A DNA stretch of 64,000 nucleotides from Candidatus Latescibacterota bacterium (GCA_963791045.1 CAWBQK010000017.1:1-64000); one strand, 5' to 3'. Positions 9,605-21,440 are shown, numbered from the stretch's first letter. A program made the numbers and translations. Notes: generated by a model from the letters alone, not told the origin.

Positions 9605-10072
9605 ATGAGAATTCGCAGAGCCGTTATGGATGACATCCCGATGGTTGTCGAACTGTGGAAAGAAATGATGGACTTTCATTGCGAACGAGATTCGTTCTTC
9701 GCCCGCGCCGCGGAGGGTCACGAAGAGTTCGCCCGTTTCGCCCGGGAAAATCTTGGCCAACCCGATCGTCTGTTGATGGTGGCCGAAGGTGACGATGCTA
9801 TAGTTGGGTTCTGCGCCGCCGCGATAATGGTGTACCCTCCGGTCTTTGAGATCAAACGCTTCGGTTTCATCCAGGATATTGTCGTCACCGAAGCGAGGCG
9901 TGGCGAAGGGGTGGGGAGAGAGTTATGCGAAAGAGTCCTTGATTGGTTTCGCCGAGAATGCGTCACGCGCGTGGAGCTTCATGCGGCGACGACGAACGAA
10001 GTCTCGCTGGCCTTCTGGGATAAAATGGGGTTTGCTCCGTTCATCTACAAGATGACAAAGATGATCGATTGA
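9605..10072 (+). CDS. GNAT family N-acetyltransferase
   Basis: IRRA start; VTEARRGEGVG acetyl-CoA loop; AFWDKMGF. Confidence 0.85.
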   Translation: MRIRRAVMDDIPMVVELWKEMMDFHCERDSFFARAAEGHEEFARFARENLGQPDRLLMVAEGDDAIVGFCAAAIMVYPPVFEIKRFGFIQDIVVTEARRGEGVGRELCERVLDWFRRECVTRVELHAATTNEVSLAFWDKMGFAPFIYKMTKMID

Positions 10073-10210
10073 TACTGCCCGGCCGCCGCCGGAAGATTTT
10101 CCCCAAAAAGATTCGTTAACATGGTAAAATGGTGTTTCCCCTACCGTGAGTCGGCGGTTACACCTCCGGTGGTGTCCGCGTAACCATATATATAAAAGGA
10201 GTATATAGAA

Positions 10211-12307
10211 ATGAGACGTGTTCTGCTTCTCATTCTCGTTGCGGGTTTGGCCTTTGCAGCCATCGCTGTTGGCGCCGAAAATCCGTTTCTCGAGGCGTAT
10301 GACACGCCTTTTGGCGTGCCGCCGTTTGATGAAATCCGCCTCGAGCATTACATGCCCGCCTTTGAGGAAGGCATGAAACAGCACCAGGCCGAGATCGACG
10401 CGATTGTCAAGAGTACCGATCCCCCGACATTCGCCAATACAGTCGAGGCGATGGATCGCTCTGGCGCGCTACTCACCCGCGTGAGTAACGTGTTTTTTAA
10501 TCTGAATTCGTCGCTGACGAACGAAGAAATGCAGAACCTCGCAAGAGAGGTTGCTCCGAAGCTCTCAAAACATCAGGACGACATTGTTCTCAACGCGGCT
10601 CTTTTCGCGAAGGTAAAGGCCGTTTACGATCAGATGGGTGATCTCGAGCTTACCGCCGAACAGAAAAAGTTACTTGATGATTACTACAAAAACTTCGTCA
10701 GGAACGGCGCCAATCTCGAGGGCGAGCAAAAAGAAAAACTTCGGGAAATCAATGAGAAGCTCTCCGTGTTGACGCTCAAGTTCGGAGAGAACGTTCTCAA
10801 AGAAAACAATTCCTTTGAAATGGTAATCGAAAACGAGGCGGATCTCGCCGGGCTTCCCGCCAACGCGATATCCGGTGCGGCCGAAGCGGCGCAAGACAGA
10901 GGTCACGAGGGCAAGTGGGTATTCACGCTTCACAAGCCCAGTATGATCCCGTTCCTTCAGTACTCAGAAAAAAGAGCGCTCAGGGAAAAAATCTTCAAGG
11001 CATACATCAACCGCGGTGACAATGCCAACGATCTGGACAACAAAGACATCCTCACCGATATCGCCGCGCTGCGTGTCGAACGCGCCAACATCCTTGGGTA
11101 CGAGACGCACGCGCATTACGTTCTCGAGCTAGGAATGGCCAAGGTGCCGGGCAATGTGTATGACCTTCTCGGTGAACTTTGGGTCCCGGCGCTCGAGCGG
11201 GCGAAGGCGGAGACCGTCGAGCTACAGGGCATGATTACGGAGGAAGGCGGCGACTTCAAACTCGAAGCTTGGGACTGGTGGTACTACGCTGAAAAGCTCA
11301 AGAAAGCCAAGTACGATCTCGACGAAGAAATGATGAGACCGTATTTCCAGCTGGAGAATGTTCGCCAGGGCGCTTTCGATGTGGCGACGAAACTCTACGG
11401 AATCCAGTTCTCGGAAATCAAAGACATTCCGAAATATCACGAAGATGTTCGCGTCTTTGAGGTCAAGGAAGAGGATGGATCGCACATTGGAATTCTCTAC
11501 GTCGATTACTTTCCGAGAGAAAGCAAGCGCGGCGGCGCGTGGATGAGTGCTTTCAGGAGCCAGTCGAAGGTAGACGGCAAGAATATCCCGCCGATTATCG
11601 TCAACTGCGGCAACTTTTCAAAGCCCACGGGCGACACACCGGCGCTCTTGAGCTGGGATGAAGTCAACACGCTCTTTCACGAGTTCGGTCACGGCCTGCA
11701 TGGCCTTCTGTCGAACTGCACCTACGAGAGTTTGTCCGGGACGTCGGTGGCCACGGATTTTGTCGAGCTGCCCTCCCAGATCATGGAAAACTGGGCCGCC
11801 GAACCGGCCGTTATCGAGGAATACGCCCGGCATTACAAAACCGGTGAGCCGATGCCCGCCGAGTTGATCGAAAAGATCAGGAAATCGAGGCATTTCAACC
11901 AGGGTTTCGCGACGACCGAATATCTCGCCGCCTCTTTCCTCGACATGGATTGGCATACGCTTACCGAGCCGCAGAAGCTCGACGCACACCAGTTCGAGAA
12001 TCAGTCGCTCGAGAAAATTGGTTTGATCGATGAAATCGTGGTTCGTTACCGGAGTCCTTATTTCCGGCACATCTTCGCGGGCGGATACGCCGCGGGGTAT
12101 TACAGCTATATCTGGGCCGAAGTTCTCGACGCGGATGCCTTCCAGGCATTCAAGGAAACGAGCCTTTACGATCGGGAAACGGCCAATCGATTCCGTAAAT
12201 ATATCCTGGCCGCAGGGGGCACGGACGATCCCATGACCCTCTACGTGAAGTTCCGCGGCTCGGAGCCAAGTATTCAACCGCTGCTCGAAAAGAGAGGGTT
12301 GAACTAG
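10211..12307 (+). CDS. dcp: M3-family metallopeptidase (peptidyl-dipeptidase Dcp-like), secreted
   Basis: Signal peptide; KRGGAWM, FHEFGHGLH, DFVELPSQ, HIFAGGYAAGYYSY. Confidence 0.93.
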   Translation: MRRVLLLILVAGLAFAAIAVGAENPFLEAYDTPFGVPPFDEIRLEHYMPAFEEGMKQHQAEIDAIVKSTDPPTFANTVEAMDRSGALLTRVSNVFFNLNSSLTNEEMQNLAREVAPKLSKHQDDIVLNAALFAKVKAVYDQMGDLELTAEQKKLLDDYYKNFVRNGANLEGEQKEKLREINEKLSVLTLKFGENVLKENNSFEMVIENEADLAGLPANAISGAAEAAQDRGHEGKWVFTLHKPSMIPFLQYSEKRALREKIFKAYINRGDNANDLDNKDILTDIAALRVERANILGYETHAHYVLELGMAKVPGNVYDLLGELWVPALERAKAETVELQGMITEEGGDFKLEAWDWWYYAEKLKKAKYDLDEEMMRPYFQLENVRQGAFDVATKLYGIQFSEIKDIPKYHEDVRVFEVKEEDGSHIGILYVDYFPRESKRGGAWMSAFRSQSKVDGKNIPPIIVNCGNFSKPTGDTPALLSWDEVNTLFHEFGHGLHGLLSNCTYESLSGTSVATDFVELPSQIMENWAAEPAVIEEYARHYKTGEPMPAELIEKIRKSRHFNQGFATTEYLAASFLDMDWHTLTEPQKLDAHQFENQSLEKIGLIDEIVVRYRSPYFRHIFAGGYAAGYYSYIWAEVLDADAFQAFKETSLYDRETANRFRKYILAAGGTDDPMTLYVKFRGSEPSIQPLLEKRGLN

Positions 12308-12342
12308 ACCTCCAGCTTTGCTGGAGTGGTCTGGACTCGCTG

Positions 12343-12379
12343 GGTGCCGGCCGGGTTTTTGCCCGGCCGGTATCTTTTT
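12343..12379 (+). terminator. Rho-independent terminator after the dcp-like gene
   Basis: GGTGCCGGCCGGG / CCCGGCCGGTATC stem followed by TTTTT. Confidence 0.7.
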
Positions 12380-12502
12380 GTGCCCAACAAGCGGTTGACT
12401 TTGGGCGTCTCAACGAATACCATAGGCAATTATGGCCGATTCGGAGGCCGTGCTAAAGTGTTTATATCTCAATGACATATGTAACCACGGGAGTGTGGGG
12501 TC

Positions 12503-14018
12503 ATGGATTTCTTGAAAGAACTCGGTATCGAAAGCGTTAACCCGGGCGCGTGTTCGGGCCCGGGTGCGTGGACTTCGATGGAGGGACGCGACCTGATTAC
12601 ATCGTATCAACCCCGCCACCGGCGAGGAAATCGCGAAGGTTGCCCAGGCGTCCGAAGCCGATTACGAACAAGTAATGGCGGTCGCAACGGAAGCGTTCAA
12701 ACAGTGGCGGATGGTGCCCGCGCCTCAGCGCGGTCTGTTCGTTCGCGACATCGGCGAAGCGCTGCGCGACAAAAAAGACGCGCTCGGAAAACTCGTCAGC
12801 CTCGAGATGGGCAAGATCGCCCAGGAGGGTTGGGGAGAGGTTCAGGAAATGATCGACATCTGCGATTTTTCTCTTGGTTTGTCGCGTCAGCTCTACGGCT
12901 TGACGATGCATTCGGAACGCCCGATCCACAGGATGTACGAACAGTGGCATCCGCTCGGAGTGGTGGGCGTCATTTCGGCGTTCAATTTCCCGGTTGCCGT
13001 GTGGGCATGGAACGCTGCGATCGCGGCGGTGTGTGGCGACGTCACGCTGTGGAAGCCGTCTTCCGAGACACCGCTCACGGCGATCGCCGTACAGAACATC
13101 TGCAACGATGTGATGAAAGCGCACAACCTGAACGGAATTTTCAATACCGTGGTCGGCAGAGGTTCCGTGATTGGCGAGAAGCTCATCAACGACAAGCGCA
13201 TCCCGATGGTCTCGGCGACCGGTTCCTGCGAGATGGGCTACCGGATCGGCAAAGTCGTCGGCGAACGTCTCGGCCGGACGATTCTCGAACTCGGTGGCAA
13301 CAACGCGATCATCGTTGATGAAACCGCCGACCTCGACATGGCGATGCGCGCCGTTCTGTTTGGCGCGGTGGGTACCGCGGGTCAGCGCTGTACGTCGACG
13401 CGCCGCGTGTTTCTCGACAAGAGAATCGCAGGCGAATTCACCGAAAAATTGATCAAGGGATACAAGCAGGTTCGTATCGGCGATCCTCTCGATGAGAACA
13501 CCCTCATGGGACCGCTGGTCAACCAGGCGGCCGTCGAAGTGATGATGTCGGCGCTGGAGACGATCAAGAAGGCCGGTGGGGAAGTCCTTTACGGCGGCAA
13601 GACTGTTGACGGCGCCGGGTTCTTTGTCGAGCCGACGATCATTAAAGCCCAGCACGACTGGCAGATCGTTCATGACGAGACATTCGCGCCGATCCTTTAC
13701 CTGATCGAGTACGATAACTTCGACGAGGTCATCGAGTGGCACAACGAAGTGCCCCAGGGGCTCTCGTCCGCGGTCTTTACGACAAACCTTCTGCGCTCCG
13801 AGCAGTTCCTCTCGCATGCCGGTTCCGACTGCGGGATTGCCAATGTCAATATCGGCACATCGGGTGCTGAAATCGGCGGCGCGTTTGGCGGCGAAAAAGA
13901 AACGGGCGGTGGACGTGAATCGGGTTCGGATTCGTGGAAGGCGTACATGCGCCGGCAGACGAACACGATCAACTGGTCGAAAGAACTCCCGCTGGCGCAG
14001 GGAATCAAGTTCGAGTAG
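12503..14018 (+). CDS. ALDH7/antiquitin-family aldehyde dehydrogenase (aminoadipate-semialdehyde/piperideine-6-carboxylate dehydrogenase-like); one frameshift
   Basis: [38 protein letters not shown]. The N-terminus (MDFLKELGI...LITS) joins [10 protein letters not shown] if one extra base near 12605 is removed. Confidence 0.9.
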
Positions 14019-14086
14019 TATATCGAACCCTTCGATTGAACATGCCCATCGATCGTATCTATGATCGATTGAGAGGCTGATTGAAT

Positions 14087-14115
14087 GAGGCCCGTGCGCG
14101 TGTCGCACGGGCCTC
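14087..14115. repeat. 12-bp perfect inverted repeat (stem-loop) between the ALDH and methyltransferase genes
   Basis: GAGGCCCGTGCG-cgtgt-CGCACGGGCCTC; no U-tract. Confidence 0.55.
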
Positions 14116-14133
14116 GCTACGAAAGCGGTCATT

Positions 14134-14778
14134 ATGAGTATCTCAGGACGCCTGTATTATCGAGCACTTGTTTTTAAAAAGCGCGCGCTTCGGTACAGGG
14201 AGCTTTTCGATACGATTTACCGGAACAAGTGCCGTCGAATCGTAGAGATCGGAACGTATGACGGCGTTCACGGATGTCATATGATCCGGACGGCGGCGGC
14301 GCATTACAAACCGTCGGAAGTTGAATATTTCGGTTTCGATCTTTTTGAAGATCTGTCGGAAGAGCTTCTCGCAAGCGAACTGAGCAAAAAGCCGCCGTCG
14401 CGGGCGAACGTCGAATCACATCTTAAATCAACCGGTGCAAAGGTACGCCTGTACGCGGGAGACACGAGGGTCACTCTTGCCAACGCCGTGGGTGAAATCG
14501 GCGACGTAGATTTTGTGTTCATCGATGGCGGCCACTCGGTCGAGACCATCGGGTCGGACTGGGATAATGCGGAGAAGATGATGGGGAAGGGAACGACGGT
14601 TATTTTCGATGACTACTATCTGAATCACGACGCTGCGATCGAAGGAATGGGCTGTCAATCCATCGTCGACGGGTTGGACAGAAGCCGGTATGATGTGGAA
14701 GTTCTCTCGATCGAGAATGCGTTTCAGAAAGAATGGGGCGTGCTTCGTATCAAAATGGCCAGGGTGAAGTTACGTTGA
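14134..14778 (+). CDS. Class I SAM-dependent methyltransferase (Methyltransf_24-like)
   Basis: IVEIGTYDG, YFGFDLF, DFVFIDGGH, IFDDY. Confidence 0.82.
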   Translation: MSISGRLYYRALVFKKRALRYRELFDTIYRNKCRRIVEIGTYDGVHGCHMIRTAAAHYKPSEVEYFGFDLFEDLSEELLASELSKKPPSRANVESHLKSTGAKVRLYAGDTRVTLANAVGEIGDVDFVFIDGGHSVETIGSDWDNAEKMMGKGTTVIFDDYYLNHDAAIEGMGCQSIVDGLDRSRYDVEVLSIENAFQKEWGVLRIKMARVKLR

Positions 14779-15180
14779 CGGATCGGGTTCGACGAGTTCG
14801 TAGAGTACTTTTTCTGTGGACTTTGGGTGGATGAAGGCGACGCGCGAGTTCTCCTTGCCCGGCCGGGGCGTTTCATCGATAAGTTTGACACCTTCCGACT
14901 TGAGAGTGGCGATCGCATTCTCTATATCCTCGACGACCACCGCTATGTGATGGATGCCCGGACCCTTTGCGTCAACGAACTTGCGAATGGCCGAGTCCTC
15001 GGTCTTTCCCTCCACCAGCTCGATCGCGGAATCTCCGAGTTTGAAGGTAGCCGTGTCGGTTTTGAATTCCTCGACATACTCGCGGTGAGCGACGTCCATA
15101 CCAAGGATCTTTTTGTAGAGTTTGATTGATTCGTCGAGATTGTCGACGGCGATCGCAATGTGATCGATGCGTTTGATCAT
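14770..15180 (-). CDS. mce: Methylmalonyl-CoA epimerase
   Basis: IDHIAIAV, GPGIHHIA, AFIHPKS..VLYELVE; lies directly downstream of the mutase. Confidence 0.93.
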   Translation of the reverse strand: MIKRIDHIAIAVDNLDESIKLYKKILGMDVAHREYVEEFKTDTATFKLGDSAIELVEGKTEDSAIRKFVDAKGPGIHHIAVVVEDIENAIATLKSEGVKLIDETPRPGKENSRVAFIHPKSTEKVLYELVEPDPST

Positions 15181-15184
15181 TGTA

Positions 15185-16860
15185 TTACCTTATTGTGGTT
15201 CGTTCGCGGTAGCGCCCGAAGTGCCCGGCGAGATTGGAGCAGATTTCGCCAACCGTGGCCGATTGTTTGACGGCGTCGAGTATATAAGGGAAAAGATTTT
15301 CGTCTCCGAGCGCGGCGCGGTCGAGCGCGGCGAGGGAGCTATTTGCCGCGGCGGCGTTGCGTTCGGCTTTTCGTTTGTTAAGGCTTTTGACCTGGTTGTC
15401 TTCTATGGCCGGATCCACATTGAACACATCGATCCCCGCGCCGCCGCCATCCTGGAATGCGTTAACGCCGACGACTTTCTGGTCGCCATTTTCAACGGAC
15501 TTCTGGTAGCTGTAACTCGCCTTTTCAATCTCACGCTGGGGATAGGCCTGTTCGATGGCCTTGACCATCCCACCCATCTCGTCGATGGTCTCGATGAGAC
15601 GATTTGCGTCAGCCTCGATCGAGTCGGTCAGTGATTCAACCATGTAGCTGCCGCCGAGCGGATCGATCGAGTCGGGAATGCCGGACTCTTCGAGGATAAT
15701 CTGCTGGGTGCGCACGGCGATTCGAGCGGTATTATCGCTTGGAAGACCCAGGGCCTCATCGAGGCTGTTTGTATGGAGGGACTGTGTGCCGCCGAGTACC
15801 GCGGCGAGGGCCTGCAAGGTGACACGGATGACGTTGTTTTCGGGCTGTTGCGCGGTGAGGGTGCAGCCGGCAGTCTGCGTGTGGAACCTCAGCAGCATAC
15901 TCTTGTCTTTTTTTGCCCCAAAACGATTCTTCATTATCCGCGCCCACATTCTTCTCGCCGCCCGGAACTTGGCGACTTCTTCGATGAGATTATTGTGCGC
16001 GTTGAAGAAAAAGGACAGTCGCGGCGCAAAGACATCGACATCGAGACCCGCGCTTATGCCCGCTTCGACATAGCATATTGCGTCCGCAAGGGTAAATGCG
16101 ACCTCCTGGACGGCCGTAGATCCCGCCTCGCGGATATGATAACCGCTGATACTAATCGGATTCCAATTGGGAAGGTTTTCTGCGCACCAGGCGAACACGT
16201 CGGTAATGAGACGCACGGATGGCGCGGGAGGAAAAACATACGTTCCGCGCGCGATGTACTCTTTTAGGATGTCGTTCTGGATGGTGCCGCTCAAAGCCTG
16301 TCTGTCGACGCCTTGTTCGTCGGCGAGCGCCACGTAAAGTGCGAGCAGAATGGCCGCGGTCGAATTGATCGTCATCGACGTGCTTATTTTGTCGAGCGGG
16401 ATTCCAGCGAAAAGGATTCTCATGTCATCGATCGAATCGATCGCGACGCCGACCTTTCCCACTTCGCCGGCGACCATTGGATCGTCTGAATCGTAACCCA
16501 TCTGGGTCGGAAGATCGAAAGCGACGGAAAGTCCCTTCTGGCCTTTGTCGAGAAGGAAGTGAAAGCGTTCGTTTGTTTCCTTTGCCGTGCCGAATCCCGC
16601 GTACTGCCGGATCGTCCATGGCCGCCCCCGGTACATGGATGGATAAACGCCGCGAGTGTATGGATAGTCGCCGGGGAAGCCAAGATTGTCGGGATAGTGT
16701 CCTGGTCTCAAAATCGGCCGGCGTGTACAGCGGTTCGACGGTTTTGTGGGAGGATGTTTCGAATGCCGATTTTCTTTCGGGTTTTTTCTGGGCTTCTCGG
16801 TTTGTACTTCTCCTCGAGCCACTTGCTGTGGTCCTCCTCAATCCGCTTGCGCTCGCTCAT
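15185..16860 (-). CDS. Methylmalonyl-CoA mutase-family large (substrate-binding) subunit, no B12 domain; two N-terminal frameshifts
   Basis: [48 protein letters not shown]. The N-terminus [20 protein letters not shown] is spread over 3 frames (shifts near 16797 and 16705). Confidence 0.92.
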
Positions 16861-17379
16861 TCCGCCCTCTCGATTTCAATTAGGGGTGCTTGTGATTCAA
16901 CCGCGTCCTGCGGGTCGACGTTTATCGCCGTGACCGTTCCTTCGATCTCGGACACCAGCTCGTTTTGCATCTTCATGGCTTCCATGATTGCCACCGGCGT
17001 GCCCTTCTTGACCTTGTCGCCGATTTTGACGCGGATGTCGACGATGAGTCCCGGCATCGGTGATGCGATCACGTACGGTCCGTCTTCTTTGGCCAGCGCG
17101 CCGGCCTGGCGTGTGGCGATCAGACCGTTCGTCGAGGACTTCGAGGTTGTATCGCCGGCCCGAAATGTTTGCGTAGTATGTGCCCTCATCGATTTTGAGC
17201 GGGGCACTTTCGATGAGATAAGATTTGTTGTCAATGATCAACGATAGGTAATCACGGTGTCCGGCCGTCCGGCAGTCGACTTCGCGCGTCTTGCCATCCA
17301 CCTCGACGATGTATCGGCCGTCTTTCTCTTGTATGTTGACCCGTTTTTCCTGCGATTCTACCCGTATCCAGAATTTCAT
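16857..17379 (-). CDS. Biotin carboxyl carrier subunit; one frameshift
   Basis: SPMPG...MEAMKMQNE biotinylation motif; N-terminal half is in another frame, junction near 17125. Confidence 0.88.
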
Positions 17380-17425
17380 GCTCGACCTCGTGATTTCAAA
17401 CAGTAGTGCCGACGAAAGGGGCGGA

Positions 17426-18941
17426 TTACATTCTTGGCTTTGCGAAGCCCTTCGGTCCTGGCGACCCGGCGCCAGGTGTTTTCGGCGACGTCGGGGCCGC
17501 GTCCCACGGACAATCTCTGAAGACTCCTGAACGCGGTGATCCCTCCCACAATCGCCGCAAGCTCGAGTTCGTCCTCGCGGCTGTGGAGATGGTCGGGTGA
17601 AAAATGACGTTCAATGTAGGTCGTGTCGTATGTGCCATCGACGAATCCTTTTTCGTCGAGAGCCCACAGCAAAAATTCGATATTGGTTTTGACGCCATCC
17701 ACCTGGTATTCACACAGCGCCCGTTTGCACCGTTGGATTGCCGTTCGCACGATCTTCGGCCCAAACGAGAACCTTGCCGACGAGTGGGTCGTAATAGATT
17801 GGTATCTCGTACCCGGGGTAGATTCCGTTCTCGTTGCGGACGCCGGGCCCCTCGGGAAGCACCAGCTGCTTGATCAGTCCGGTCGAAGGCATAAAATTCG
17901 ACTGCGGGTCTTCCGCGTACAGCCGGGTTTCCAGCGCATGACCGCGGATCTTGATATCGGACTGATCCAGCGACAGCGGTTCGCCCGACGCGATACGAAA
18001 CTGTTCCTTTACGATGTCGATGCCGTATATCAATTCGGTGACGGGGTGTTCGACCTGGAGGCGTGTGTTCATTTCGAGAAAATAGAAATTGTGATCGGAC
18101 CCCATGATGAACTCAACCGTGCCTGCGCCGACGTAGTCGACGGCGGCGGCGGCCTTGGACGCCGCATCGCTCAATCTGGCGCGCAGGTCCGGGTCGACGA
18201 CGGACGAAGGCGCCTCCTCTATTACTTTCTGATACCTGCGCTGCATCGAACACTCGCGTTCGCCAAGTGTGACGATATTACCTTGCGTGTCTGCGAGGAG
18301 CTGGATCTCGATGTGTTTGGGCATCTCGATGAATTTTTCGACAAAAACGCTGGAATCGCCAAAAGCACTCTCCGCCTCGCCCATGGTCATCTGCAAAACT
18401 TTCTCAAAATCCGTTCTCGTCCCGGACGATTCGCATTCCCTTGCCGCCACCCCCGGCTGCAGCCTTGATCATGACGGGATAGCCAATGGTGCGTGCGATC
18501 GATCCGCGGCGTCTGATGCTGATTTGACCGCTTCGTTACCGCCGGGTATGATGGGAACGCCGGAGGCTTTCATGGTGTCGCGCGCTTCGAGCTTGTTGCC
18601 CATTCGGCGGATCGCATGCGCGCGAGGGGCCGATGAAACACGATGCCCGCCGCTTCGCACGCTTCGGCAAACTCCGCGTTTTCGGCGAGAAAGCCATAAC
18701 CGGGATGGATGGCCTCTGCGCCGCAAGTTTTCGCTGCGGCGATTATCTTGTCGATGGCGAGATAGCTGTCTTTGCTCGGCGAAGGGCCAACGTGGTATGT
18801 CTCATCGGCATAAGTGACGTGGAGAGCCAAACGATCCGCGTCGGAATAAACGGCGACAGACGTAATATCCATCTCTTTGCATGCGCGCATGATCCGGATC
18901 GCGATTTCACCACGGTTGGCAATCAGAATCTTCTTGAACAT
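17426..18941 (-). CDS. Biotin carboxylase subunit of acyl-CoA carboxylase; about 6 frameshifts
   Basis: [42 protein letters not shown] (after frame correction), [28 protein letters not shown]. Confidence 0.9.
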
Positions 18942-18980
18942 CTAGTATCCTTTCGTCCCCATCTAACCCGATTAGCGCCT

Positions 18981-20538
18981 TTAGAGAGGGAGATTGCCGT
19001 GCTTTTTGGGCGGAACGCTCTGGCGTTTGTTGGCAAGGGTCTCGAGCGTGGCGATCAGTTTTGCCCGTGTATCCTTGGGCTCGATAATATCGTCGACATA
19101 CCCGAGTTGCGCTGCGATATAGGGATTGGCAAATTTGTCGTTGTACTCTTCGATCATGGCCTTACGTAGCGCCTCCGGATCGTCGGACTTCTCGATTTCT
19201 TTTCGGTTGAGAATGTTAACCGCGCCTTCGGCCCCCATTACCGCAAGTTCTCCCGTCGGCCATGCGATGTTGTAGTCGGCGCTTATGTGTTTCGACGACA
19301 TAACGTCATATGCGCCTCCATAAGCTTTGCGCGTAATGACTGTGATCTTCGGAACGGTCGCTTCGCAATACGCATAGAGCAGCTTTGCGCCGTGTTTGAT
19401 AATTCCGCCCCACTCCTGTTCGGTCCCGGGGAGAAATCCCGGCACATCTTCAAATGTTATTATCGGTATGTTAAAGGCATCACAGAAACGAACAAACCGC
19501 GCACCCTTGTTCGATGACTTGATGTCGAGCACGCCGGCGAGGAACTTGGGTTGATTCCCGAGAATACCGACCGTCCGGCCGTTCATTCTCGCAAAGCCAA
19601 TCACGATGTTCTGCGCGTATAGAGGTTGGATTTCGAGAAAGTCCCCGTTGTCCACGATATGTTTAATGACTCGATCATGTCATAGGGTTCTTTGGGATTG
19701 TCGGGAATGATCGAGTTGAGGGACGTGTCGGCGCGGTTGACGTCATCGCCCGTTTCTACCCGCAGCGATTCGTCGAGGTTATTCTGGGGAAGATACTGGA
19801 GAAGTCTTCTGATCTGGACGATACAATCCTGGTCATTCTTCGCCATAAAATGAGCCACACCGCTCTTGGAATTGTGCGTGCGGGCGCCGCCGAGGTCTTC
19901 GAAAGAAACTTCCTCGTTTGTTACCATCTTGATCACGTTCGGGCCCGTGACAAACATATGGCTCGTGTGATCGACCATGATAATGAAATCGGTAATGGCG
20001 GGGGAGTAGACCGCTCCGCCAGCGCACGGTCCCATGACCGCCGAGATTTGCGGCACGACACCTGAGGCCAGCGTATTGCGTCAAGAATACGTCCGCGTAT
20101 CCGCCGAGACTCGCAACACCTTCCTGGATTCGGGCGCCGCCGCTGTCGTTGAGCCCAACGATGGGTGCGCCGTTCTCCATGGCGAGATCCATCAAACGAC
20201 ATATTTTCGCCGCGTTTGCCTCGCTCATCGTGCCGCCAAAAACCGTGAAATCCTGAGCGAACGCGAATGGTCAGTCTGCCCGTTGACTTTGCCGTGTCCG
20301 GCGACAACGCCGTCACCGGTGATTTTTTGGTTTTCCATACCGAAATCGGTGCACCGGTGGGTCACGAATACACCCAACTCCTGAAACGTCCCCGGATCGA
20401 AGAGAACGTTTATCCGCTCGCGCGCCGTTAACCGTCCCGCGTCATGGATCTTCTTGATCCTCTTGCCTCGCCGCCGCCGAGCAGCGCGGCCTTGCGTTTC
20501 TCTCGGAGTTCCTGGAGTTTTTGTTCGGTCGTTTTCAT
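18981..20538 (-). CDS. Acyl-CoA carboxylase carboxyltransferase (PccB/MmdA-like) subunit; about 5 frameshifts
   Basis: [77 protein letters not shown] spread across frames. Confidence 0.9.
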
Positions 20539-20646
20539 GTATACCCCTGTAAGTCAACACCTTGGAAACTGCGGCCTCCAGGCGGTTGAACCGGATACGC
20601 CTAAGCCGAATAATGGCAGAAAGTTAGATTAATCGGTACGCGTTGA

Positions 20647-20675
20647 ATTTTAAACGAGCAACCCCCCTTCGTCAA
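20647..20675 (-). promoter_or_regulatory. Sigma70-like promoter of the carboxylase-mutase-epimerase operon
   Basis: TTGACG-N17-TAAAAT on the minus strand. Confidence 0.6.
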
Positions 20676-20864
20676 CCGGTATTCGATTGGCCGTTGGGCG
20701 ATCTTGTTGAAATTAACTGAGTTCCGCGACCCAATCGCGAAGGGCGAAGTCATTTCGAGATAGACACCGGGTTTGTTAGTGGGTTATCATTAAACGAGTT
20801 GAAGGGGGGGTATGTGTAGTCGTGCGCGCCTGCGCACTTTATTTTTTAAAAGAGGATAGGACAT

Positions 20865-21440
20865 ATGAAAAGGATCTTCGTTTTACTGTTGGTCGTATGG
20901 TTGACGGCGTCGTGTAGCGGCACTGGTGACGAGTCGACTGGAGACGCGGGTGTGGCTCAGAAGGGTGAGCCGGTCAAGATGATCCCGGACGAAGAATTCA
21001 CCGAATATGAGAAACTTGCGAAGGCCTATATCAAGCCGTATTTCGATGCCAACGGAACCCAAACGGAAAAAACCGTAAAGCCCGGTGACACTATTGAACT
21101 CTATGTCGTTGCCGAGTTCAGCGAGGATTACACGATGTCGGCGGGGGAATTCAAACTCGTCGTGCCCGAGGGATTAACGATTCTCGCTTCGACCGTTTGC
21201 GACAGCACTATTTTGAATCTTGGTAAATACGATAGCGATTTCGCAATTGCGTTTCATTGTGCCTCAGGACCGAGCATGTGGCTGGTAAGATACATGTGTA
21301 AGATCGAAGAGGGATTCATGGGCGGCACAATAGAAACACGAAAAGGTGATAACCAGAATTTTCTTGGTTTTACCATGTGCGACGTGCAGAAGACGCTGAT
21401 CAAGGCAAGGCCGGGGAAAGCGACAATCTCTGTAAAATAG
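20865..21440 (+). CDS. Hypothetical lipoprotein
   Basis: AGAGGA RBS; lipobox LTASC; beta-rich mature part with 4 Cys. Confidence 0.75.
   Translation: MKRIFVLLLVVWLTASCSGTGDESTGDAGVAQKGEPVKMIPDEEFTEYEKLAKAYIKPYFDANGTQTEKTVKPGDTIELYVVAEFSEDYTMSAGEFKLVVPEGLTILASTVCDSTILNLGKYDSDFAIAFHCASGPSMWLVRYMCKIEEGFMGGTIETRKGDNQNFLGFTMCDVQKTLIKARPGKATISVK

Noticed and set aside
16700-20480. Programmed ribosomal frameshifting or phase variation in the carboxylase operon
   Set aside because: There are too many shifts, and they mostly fall outside slippery heptamers or long homopolymers; assembly error explains them better.
20661-20811. Distant inverted match ACCCCCCTTC / GAAGGGGGGGT as possible MITE ends
   Set aside because: The match is short and low-complexity with no target-site duplication, and the left copy is the spacer of a predicted promoter.
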